Source: Adineta vaga
Lineage: Eukaryota > Animalia > Rotifera
Assembly (NCBI GenBank): GCA_021613535.1
Contig: CP075496.1
Coordinates: forward strand, 2,046,001 to 2,110,000
Length of the DNA: 64,000 nt
Direction: 5' to 3'
Below the pieces are notes generated by a model. It saw only the letters and a list, made by a program, of their open reading frames with translations, had not been told where the DNA came from and made no database searches. Positions 42,110 through 61,100 of the stretch are shown here, one piece after another. Position numbers and translations under genes: made by a program. Each line of letters opens with the position of its first letter. The stretch's first letter is position 1.

Positions 42110-42524
42110 TTAAAGAGCTTCTGGTACTTGTATGACAATCATTATATATTTACTCTCAGGAGCAACAATTATTTCATGTTTATGTGAACGAAGACCTAAA
42201 GAAAAGATGTCAATTAGATTCCAAATGAAATCTTATCTTACGAAGTTGTTCAAGTTCTTGACTAGAATCAAGTTCTCTTACAACACGTTTTGCATGAACA
42301 ATTAATTGACTGATTAAAGCTGCATAATGTAATGTAACATCAGGTTCCATACTTGTTCGAATTGGTAATGCCTTCCGAATCAATTATGATTAATCCTATT
42401 CGATTAACAAACATACACACAATTCATCGATTTAGGTTTTTTTAAATAGCTAATTCTTACCTTGAACACCTTTAGATGTTTGAATACGTTTAATCATATC
42501 ATCAACTTCATTTTGTGATGCCAT
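42110..42524 (-). CDS. DYNLRB: Dynein light chain roadblock-type
   Basis: Three exons give MASQNEVDDMIKRIQTSKGVQGLIIIDSEGITIRTS..YAALISQL..VVRELD..LRLRSHKHEIIVAP..IVIQ. Confidence 0.92.
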
Positions 42525-43101
42525 ATTTAGTAAAGAGAAGAAAAAAAACGAATGAAATACTGATTGTGTATCGCTCAACACAGTACAATCCTGTCGAATG
42601 TCGATGACAGTAACAAACTAGCTTTCTTTTTCTCTTTCTTTTCTTACAATTCTTCACCTTTTACCATTAACCAAAGAGAAGGAGAAAAAGCAAGAGAACT
42701 CATCTTTGGAGATCATATAGCAACCTATTTTACTTTAAGTTACCATAGAAATAGAAAAACAAGTCTATATAAATTCGCATTATATTTACTTTAGAAGAGA
42801 AAAAAGAATTGAGAAGGAGAAGAAGAAGAAAAGTGAATGCGAGTGTTAAAGAACAAACAATAATGTAAAAAAAACGAAGGAAAGAGAAACAAAGCGCACA
42901 ATAACAACGAAAACGACGAAAGTAATTAGATTATTTCAAGAGAACAAAAAAAAACAGGATGACTTTGATTACAATTTATTAAATAGAATTTAAAAACGAA
43001 AATTCAGTGAGAAATGTTAATTTATAAACAATATACAAAGAATTGTTTTTGCATAAATTTCGATTCATGATGATGATTTTTTTACACTAAATCACTTGGA
43101 A

Positions 43102-50709
<7,608 letters not shown>

Positions 50710-53468
50710 TCATAAATAAATCTTCGAAATTTATCTGACCAAGATTAAACAATGTCATTATGTTATCTAGAATAAAGATAAATGTTGTCAAATTCTCACC
50801 TTTATCATGAAATCCAAATGAACATGTTCAAATAATCTCTTTCGTTATTATCTTTGTCATATTTATTTCTTTTAAAAAGGTGAAGCATGAAAATGTTAGT
50901 TTAGATGTTCTCTATGTGTATATTTATATAGAGAGAAGAAGAAGAAGACGAAGAGAAATGAAGTTTTTTTTTGTGTATGCACATCCGAGACGACGTTCAT
51001 CGCGTGTCTACATGTTCTGTTAAATGGGTCGACCGACGTGATGGTTGAAAAAGAAGGATGAAGGGGAGTGTAAGCATAGCACAAGGAAATTAAAGAATGA
51101 TTCTCTAAAGCAAAGAGGAAGAAGAAAAGAGGAAGGAGATATGTCTCTCTAAAAAGAAAAGAACGAAGGAATGAATGTAAGAGAAGATGAGATGAGATGA
51201 TGAGCCAAAAGACTCGACAAACAAACAAAATAGAAGGAGAAAGCGAAAAGGAGAGAGAGAGAAAAGTCAGTTGTGATCACAATCATCAGTAAAAGCAGTC
51301 ATACTAAACTGATGACAGATGAATTTAACGAGATTAAAGGTCGTTATGCTTTCATATCAAAACAAGAAGACAAAAAAGAAACTCGGAATTTCGATGAAAC
51401 ATCTCGTTTCCTTCTTTCTTTCTTTCTTTCTTTCTTCCTTTCTTTTCCTCGTTTCTTTTGCCTTCAAACGAAAAGATCTCTAATGATAATTTATTCGAGT
51501 TAACGACAATATAGTGCAAATTTACTGTTGTGACAAGTAAATGTCTATTGACACATTTGCTTTCGGATTTCTTTGTTCTTGTTTCTAATGTTTTTTTTAT
51601 GCCTATGGATAGATGTGTGTGTTTGTGTGTATATATAAATATACATAAAATGCAAAACTCGACTGATGCAAACGTTCGTGCGACAGCTTGAACGATGAAT
51701 GACGCACGAATGCAAACGTTTTGTTAACAATATTAGAACATCAATAAAGCGCGGCACGAGAATTTCCTTTCTCTAGAGTTTAGAAAGATATAGAAAACGA
51801 AGTTATGTATTTTCTAGTTGCAGTTATTACCAGACCGACGAGTGATTATCTTGTCTTCCGCTTCGTCTTCTTCTTCTAACATCCCCGGGAGCCTATCACA
51901 CTGATTATAATGATGCTCCAAAGTGGATATATGTGTGTATGTGAAAAGCAGAATTGACGAGAAATTATATAAATAAAATAATATCAGAGAATAATAAACG
52001 AAGTATGTAAGTCAATTAACTGAAGTCATCCTTCAAGCATGATTTAAACTTGAGGAAGAAGAAGAAGAAGAAAAAAGCAAAAGGTATTCTCTCCTCTTCT
52101 AATTATTTAGTTAACGAGATATATTTAGGTGATTATTTCAAGAAGAAAAATCAATCTGGTCGTTCTCTCCGGTCTTTTTTTCTTCTTTTTTGTTAGATTT
52201 TTTCCTCTCACCGTTATGATTGTCGATTGGTTGACTTAAATGAAATATACAGAGAGAAGAAAAAACCGACAAGTAGAGTACTTAAAACAAGTCAAACCAA
52301 GGAAACAATAATAAAAAAAGAGTCGAAGAAGAAGAAGAAGAAGGAAAAAAGAAAGGAAAAAGGTGCCTTTCATTTCTGATTTTTTTTGAAAATACGATTT
52401 TTTTCAAAGATAATTCTTTCTCTTTTATTTCTTCTTCGTTCTTCCTCTATATCTCATTTAATGATCGATCCAATCAAACTTTCAATTCTTTGTAAAACGA
52501 GAAGAGCCAATACCCGAAAAAAACTCTCCACGATAGATGTCACGTGAATCTCCTGTCTCTTTCTCGGAAAAGAACAAAAAACTACATACTACTATTTTTT
52601 AACATTTAGAAAAATCGTCGACCATCCGGAAATAATACTGGCACACATTAAAGACTTCCGATTCTATTCTAACTTGTTTCTCTGTAGAATCAAAAAAAGG
52701 AGTTTTTTCACCAAAATCGGAAATGTAACACGGACATAGTTTCGCCCATATCAATATCATTCATAATGATTACTTTGAACTAAAGGAAAAAAACGACAAT
52801 TTTCTTGACGAATTCGAACTACTCTTCAAACATTACTTATAAATTTGATTATTGCGTATGAAATAATCAGAATCTATATTTAGAACAAGAAAATAAATGT
52901 CGCATTCCACGATGTTGAGAAAAAACACAAGTTTTCTTTCTTTTTTTGGAATGACATTCTTTCACATCATATTTCTCGTTGAGTTTTTCTTTTTCTATCT
53001 AAAGAGAAAGAAACAGAACAAATATTCAAATATGATCAACATATATATCGCACTTCTATCTTTATTTTTTTCAATTGAAAACTGTTTGTAGTTCTTACGA
53101 TTAAACAGAAGAAAAAAAACATACGACTCACGTTTCTCTTATGAAAAAAAAAACATAAGAAACTACCATGTTAATAGATTTTATTTGAAAATAATCGAAG
53201 TAAATGAGAGAAAGATTTGCTTTTGCTTTTCTCTATCAACTAATCGATCTGTTTTGAAGGCGTTCGATACTTCGAGGTCATTTCCCGTGAGATTTCCAAA
53301 GGGAAATTACATTTCGTTCAGTTTTTTTTTCATTAGCATGAATATTCATAAAAGAAAACATTGTTTTATTGGTTTCTGTTTTTTTTATTGAATAAAGCAA
53401 AATCTAAAATTGAGATTTCAAATTAACAAACAAAACATTGCACCCCTGAGAAGAAGAAGAAAGATCAT

Positions 53469-56400
53469 CTAATGATTAGAGAGTAATTGTTGAAATTTCA
53501 GAGTTTTTAATAATTCTAACATGGAATCAAGTTCAAGATGAAATCGTTCGATTTCACGATTTTTTTGTTTAATTATCGCGCGTAGTTTATTTACATCATC
53601 ATTCGTTTCGGAATCATGTTGTTTGATTAAACTTGTCGTATAATTTTTCGTGATTTGATCACGTTTCGACCAACGTTCTTCTAATTGTTTGATTTTATTT
53701 TGTAAGTCTTGAAAATGTTTCATTTCCTAAAGAATAATTCAATCAATCAGATATTTTTTTCATTTAGATTTATTCGTCCTCGAAAATCTTTCCTTCTGTC
53801 AATTCTGTCTGACGCAACATCATCTATTTGCTTAATTCAATTATCTATGAAGATGACAGAATGTCTGATTTTGGAGGATTGTCTTCGAGTACACTCAACT
53901 TCAAGTCCTAGACATATGTAACAAAGAAATGTCGATTTTGTTCATTGATAGTTACCGGTGTATGATAAGTTCGAGCATCGAAGAGTTCTTGTTCTAGACG
54001 ATGAATCGTAGCTTTTAATTCATCATCATGTGTACGTAAGATTGCTAATTCTCGTGCATTGTCATCGGCATGTTCGGTTAATTTCTACGAAGAAAATTGA
54101 GAAATTTTTGGATATTGATTGATTAGATTTGTACCTTTAAATGATTAATTGTTACATCTTGAGATTCAATTTTACGAAGAAGATCAGTAACACGAGTTTC
54201 GGTTGTTTTATTCGACATTTCATTTATAATTGTTTGTAATTCTAGTTTATGTTGTTGACGAAGATGTAGAATCTTAAAGAAAAGACGATATGAATGTGCA
54301 TTGAAAAAAGAAAAATCAAATTTTACTTCTTCATCTTTTTCACGTAATGCTCCTGCAATTGCTGATTGTCGATCCTCTTTTAAACGCATTAATTCAGCAT
54401 ATTGTTGTTGGGCATCATGTTCTAATTTTTCAACCTAGACGAAGAAATATTTTAGAACATTTAATAAATCTTACTATTTTACAAAAGAATATTATAGAAA
54501 AATAAAATATCACATCGTCAATGTCGAAGTGGAGAATTTATGAATAATCTTGAGAGTGTTAACAGAATTTTCTTTATGCAAAATATGTTTCACAAGAATC
54601 GATTTCATTAGTTGATGGAAAATAGTGATAATCTCAAGGCTTAAACAACTATCTCTCCTATTTTCTATTGGTTATGAATAATAAAATCGAAATGTTTACC
54701 AAATGTTTCAATTGATGATTTTCCGCATGAACAATTTCAGCAGGTGCTAAAACTTGGGTAAATCGATCAGGTTGATATGGTTTATTTCCCATAACTAAAT
54801 TTTCAAAATCAATAAATATCTTTCGAATCAATCAATCAATCAATCTTACTCGCTAGACGAGTTTTTTCTCGTTCACGTTCTGCTAAGAGACTTTTTTGTT
54901 GAACATTAATCGCATCATAAAGTGCTCGGAGTTTTTCTAATTCATCATTTTTACGTTCCAGATCAGTTCGTAATAGTTTAATCGTTTCTAAATCACGTTT
55001 CAAAGCTAAAATAAAACCAAATAATATTTATCAATTTGAAGAAGAAAAAAAACCCATAACTTTACATTTCGCTGGTTTTGATATTTGTTGACTTTTCACT
55101 TTTTCTAATTCAATTTTTAATCGTTCATTTTCACGTCGTAATTGACTTTGTCCTGTAAAAGTTTTATTTTTACTTATGACATCATGAATTTGTTTTTCAA
55201 ATTGATCATTTATTCCAGTCTGTTGACTATTATTATTAACAATTTGTTTCATTAAGAAATATTTCTCTTCAAGAATGCGAAATTCTTCTAAAAGTCGTTC
55301 TTCCGATGTTTGTTTTTCATGTAATGCTTGTTCAGCTTTATGTAATTTAATTGTTAATTGATTTCGTTCATCTAATGGATTTAAAACCATTCCAACTTGA
55401 GTCGTTGGACTTTGTTGACGTCGACGATTGATCAATTCTACAAACATAAATAAATCACAGTCATTTTTTCGATCTTTTTCATATACCTAATTCTTTAACT
55501 TGTCTTTCAAGATCTTTAATACGTTTTTGATCGAATGATTGTCGAATATCTTGATGATTTTTAGTCGTAAAAGAATTCAATTTACTTTGTAAAATATCAA
55601 TTTCTTCTTTTAATCGTTGATTTTCAATAGTTTCATTCTCTTGACTATTTAAATCAGATAAAACAATAGTTGATGATTGTTTTTTAACTATTCCTCCATG
55701 AGAATTTTCATTTCGTTCTAAAAGCATTTTCGTCTGAATTAATTCTTCTCGAAGTTTTTCATTGATGTTAAACATTGATTGTTGAATTTGTTTATTTTCT
55801 TTTTCCAATTGTTTAATTTGATTACAAAGTTTGACATTTTGAGCTTCATAACCTTCGATAAGTTTCTCTAATTCACTAACTTCACGTTGTTTTCCTGTGG
55901 AAATTTCAGATTTACCATCGAAATTTGTTTGAGAAATCTAAATTGAATTGTTTAGAAAAGATAAATTCGAAGAAGAAATGAAATACTTGAGCTTTAAGAG
56001 CGTAGTTTTCTTTTTGCACTTCGCGTAATTCTTCCTTGTGTTTCATTTCGATTGATTGAACTTTTTCTTTTAACATTTCATTGTCATGTTTCAGTTGTTC
56101 AATCGATTCAGCATCTTTCTATAGAAAGGAAAAAGGAATGTGCGAAAATGAATGATGAAAAAACTTTGTACCGAAGAATTTTCTTGTATGGGTGTTGGTG
56201 CTGTTTTTGGTCGATTGACAATACTTGATGATGCTAGAAGAATCTTCTTTTGTAGAAAAAAAAAGGAAAGAAATGTTTAGAATTTATTACTTTTCTTAAC
56301 TGGTGTTTGAGTATTGGGTTTCGAAGGATTTTTAACAACTAAATAAATAGTTCATTAGAAAGTTACAACAATACATTTTTTGTATTTATAGAGTTTGAAA

Positions 56401-57899
56401 TATCGTGTTCAACTTTAAGTAATTATGAAATTAATAAATAAATCAATTTTTACTTGTAGATTTTTGTTGTAATTGTGCTCTGATTTTCGAATCATAAATA
56501 TTCGATCTGGTTGTACGAGCTGGTGGCGTTGATTTAATATTTTGTCCATAAATACCACGTGATACATTCGAATTTGGTGTATTATCACCTGTTGTTGTCA
56601 AGGCATCTATTGATCAGAAAAAAACAGGATAATGATTTAGTTTTAAAAAGTGATTAACCTGATTTTGTTTTTGCTAGGCGACTAAAATCATCGACCGATG
56701 CTGTCGGTCGTGTTGGTGGCTCGAACATGGTCACACGTTTATTCGTTGTTGTTGTTACATTCATTTTCTCTTCATTATGTTCCATTTCTCGACCCAATTC
56801 ATTTGATAAAGATTCTTGAAAATCAATGGTTTTTTTGCAAAAATAAAAACGAAATTCTAAATTTCTTTTACCTTTGACGATATTATCATTTGGTAGTTGA
56901 TGAAGTGGTGTACTCATTTGATGAATTTGTGGTTCAAAAGAATTTAAAACTATTCAAATTCAAATCTACTTAAGAATTCGAAAAATAGAAACTCGTTTAC
57001 CTTCACCAGTTCGTATTGGTGATAATTCTAGATCCAATTCCTTATTTAACAGTCCAAAATCAACTGTATTTCCATTTTCATCTTCTTCAATCTCCTAAAT
57101 AATGATAAATAATAAATTGATGTATGAAAAGATTTGAATAAAAAATCATTTTACATGAAAAAATTTTTGTTTCTCTGTATCTTCATTGAGAGTATCCGAA
57201 CCGATTTTCATTGTTGAAAATGGTGTCCCATCAATTTCATCTATACATAATAAAATAGTTTAACTAACAAAATCTATTTTTCTTCCATACTTCGATCAGC
57301 CAGTATATCTCCAGGTAAATCAGCAACAGGACTAAGAAACAATGTTTAATTATTTTATTCAAATATCTCAATCCTTTTACCTGACTGGTACATCTAATTT
57401 AGCTAATGGATTTGATGGTCGTCTCAATCCTTTTAAAATTAAAAATGAATCATAAAATAACAAAAATGCATCGATCATTACCCGGTCGTACAAAATCATT
57501 TTCATCTGAGGATCCGAAATTTAAATCATCATCAAACTAAATCAATTAAATTCGATATTTTATTCATAAACAATCGATCTTACTCACTTTTGTTTCTTCT
57601 TTTTTCGCTGTTGAACTCTTCATAAACATTTTTTTCGGTTCTTTTGCTGCTATTTTCAAAGATTAAATTGAAAAATTCATCATAGATTACAACATGGTTT
57701 CTTACATGATGATTTCGTTGTTGGTGTTGATGATGAACTGGATGAAATGGAATCATCATCATAACAATATTTCTCTATGGATGTATCGGAATCCGATTGA
57801 TTCTAGACCATGAGAAACAAGATTTTTTTAAAAGTTTTGGGAATGAAAAGTTTGAATTACCAGGTCGTTTTTTTTCTTGTTCGATTTTGTTCGAGACAT
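53469..57899 (-). CDS. CEP162: Centrosomal protein CEP162-like coiled-coil protein
   Basis: C-terminus HTPEMKHF..KIKQLE..KNREIERFHLELDSMLELL resembles the CEP162 C-terminus (HTPEMKHF..KNRELEKFRTELDSILDVL) as recalled. Long coiled-coil exons. Start MSRTKSNKKK at 57899 is inferred. Confidence 0.75.
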
Positions 57900-58163
57900 T
57901 TTTTTGGAAAATAATCAGAAATAGAAAGAAGAAAACAAATTTATTAGGCAAAAAAACGAAAATTTCTGTGTTTATTCGTATCTCTATTGCCGTGAAAACA
58001 AACTAGATGAAAAAAGTTTAGAAGAAACACGCAAACAGGCAAAAACAATGTATTTATAATTATATAAAAGAAATCAAATGAAAATTTATCGTTTTTGTGC
58101 TCTGAAAAATAGAAGAAATATATTTTATATTTTTAAAGAAAAGTTTGGTGAAAGCAGAATGTT

Positions 58164-61100
58164 TTACTTGGGTATTCTTGTACTAGAATTTGATCGAATT
58201 TTTGTTTGAGCTTCTGAAAATTAAAACGAACATTCAATAGAAGAAAGAAAAGATAAGAATTCTACCTTTTAATTGTCGATCAAGTCGATCTATAGATTCT
58301 TGTACTCGACGTTCTTCGATCGACAGAGTTGTCGGTGTATGCGTAGTTATATCTTTAAAAAGTTGAACGAAAATTATGAAATAGAATGCAACAAAAAAGT
58401 TTGATTTTACGTTTTATTCCATTGAATTTTGGTTCGGTTATTTTATTTACAGGATTTGTTGGTACTCTAATATTATTAAGAAGAATAAGTATATTGAAAA
58501 TGAAATTGATTATGATACATACTGTGGTGGTAATCGTGCATCATTTTGACTAAAATTACTACCAGGTATTGAACTCAAACGAAGTTCACTGAATAAAGAT
58601 TCATTTTCATCATCATAATTATTGATTTCATTTGGTTTCGATGATGTCATTGACTATGAATAGAGAGAAAAGATAAATCAATTCTTTGAATTTTTTGCGA
58701 AAAAGAAAACAAATTTTACCATTAGAATATGTGGTGATGATGAGATGGGTGTTCGTCTTGATGAAGGTGAATCAAACATTGTTGGAGAACCATTTGTTTG
58801 TCTTAACGATTGTGCATAACGAGTTTTATGCAATTTAGCACGTAATTCACGTTGACGTAATCCAATATTTGTATATCCTTGCCGAGCTTGACCTGTTGGA
58901 GTAAGAGGATATACAGGTGGTTTCGAACTTGTTGTTGAAGAACATTCAGATGCACGATCATCATTTCCATTAATTTGTCTATACAAAAAGAAACGAGAGA
59001 GAAAGATTTTTTTTCCTCCATCAATGAACGTTATTTGTAAACATTGTTAACATAGCAAGTATCTTATCTTTCTTGACAAGAGTCAATAAAAGATAATAAA
59101 ACTATCTTTCACTTATTCATTTCGACTATTCTTTCTTTTTTTTTACACCTGTATCTTCATCATGTCATCATTCGTTATTGGACTGGATATTGGCGGTACT
59201 CATATTACTGCAACTCTTGTACGTATTGAAAATCGAAATGTAACAATTGAACGTGATGTTTTCTATACACGTTCAATTGAACCGACGATCGATAAAGATC
59301 CTCGTTCAATTATTTCAACTTGGATCGCATGTATCGAAGAACTTATTCATGATTATGTGAATAAGTATCAAGAAAATCAACCAATTATTGGTATTGCTTG
59401 TGGAATTCCAGGTCCAATGGATTACGAACGAGGCATAAGTTACATTCAATCAACTCAATTGAATAAATGTGAGAAATTCTTTGGTCTTAATTTACGTTAT
59501 GCACTTGAAGATGGTCTACGAGATCTAATTTCTCGTTGGAAACGTATTTATAATCCAAAATATTTCACACCACCAACATCACCACGTTCAAGTCTATTTG
59601 GTCAAGAAAAACAAGTGACTCTTGAAAAATCTTTACATATGAAACGAGTTACAGAAATTTTATCGACAACAAATCCAACATCTTTCCATTACAAAGATTT
59701 ACAATTAGAAAACTTAGATTCTGAATCATCAGTTAAAGAAATTACTAATTTTTGTGGTTTACAAGATAAAGATACGGAAGATGTTCAAACTGAAACATCT
59801 TTTCCAGAGAAAGAAATCGATTTATCAACGAAATTAAATATTACTGAAAATCTTACACCAAAAATTTGGACAATGATTAAACAGTTAGCGGAAATTCCAA
59901 TCACATTCTATAATGATGCGACATGTTTTGCTGTGGGTGAAGCGCATAAACATCAAAATAAAGATTATAAGCGTATTCTTGCTTTAACACTTGGTACAGG
60001 TTTTGGTTCTACATTTATCGATGAAAATGAAATTATTCTTCATCGAAATGATGTTCCACCTGGTGGAATGCTTTGGAATTATCCATATGATGAACATTCA
60101 ATTGCAGATGATTGGTTTTCTACACGTGGATTAATGAATATTTATGAAAAAATTCTTCACAATGAATCTATGGAAAATGCAAATCAAGTAAAGATTCGCT
60201 TTCAAATGGATTCCTTCGATGGTCGAACTCTGGCTGAACAAGCTTTAAATGGTGATGAAAATGCAAAGAAAGCATTTGAAACGTTTGCTCGATTGTTAGG
60301 AGAATTTTTAATTCCACATGTGAAAAAGTTTCAGACAGATATTATTATTATTGGTGGAGGTATTGCTCATGCATATCAACTAATCAAAGATGAATTAATG
60401 AAAATAATGGAAAAATCTGTAATGATTCCAGTTTATTTTAGTCTTTCACATGAGAAATCGATTTGTCTCGGTGCAGCCTATCAACAAATTCCAATCTTAT
60501 TCCAATCAACACCTAAAATCTTTCGTCAAACTCATCAAAATCTTCTTCCAGTTATAAAAACTCTCGACATCAATCAATATGATATTTATCCATGTCATGA
60601 AATTCCTATTGGTTCTATTGGCATTGGTCATAAACAATTTCATGAAAAATTATTTCGATTAATCGAAGAAAATCAAATTTTATTAATCGATGGTTTTGTT
60701 GGTACGAATTTCGATGAATTTGCTTGTGAATTAAATAAATCTTATCATTATCAATCGAAAGATAAGAATCTTCCATCGTTAGTTTTCTATGATACACGAA
60801 CATTTCTTCAAACTCATTCAGATCAAAAACGAAATTTTTATTTAAAATCTTCGAAATCAATCTTTGGTAAATTAGCAATAGATTTAAATTTTAAAGATGA
60901 TTTCGTCGATGAAAATAAATTAATTTATTTACAAAAGAATCTTTCTTATCCATGTATTATCATTGGACCTGGTGCTTCATTTGTTCATGAAACAGGACCA
61001 TTAATTTACATTGATTTACCAAAAAATGAACTTTATTATCGACTAGCTGCACAAACGGCATGTTCATATTTAAAACCACAACGACAAGATATTCCCGTAA

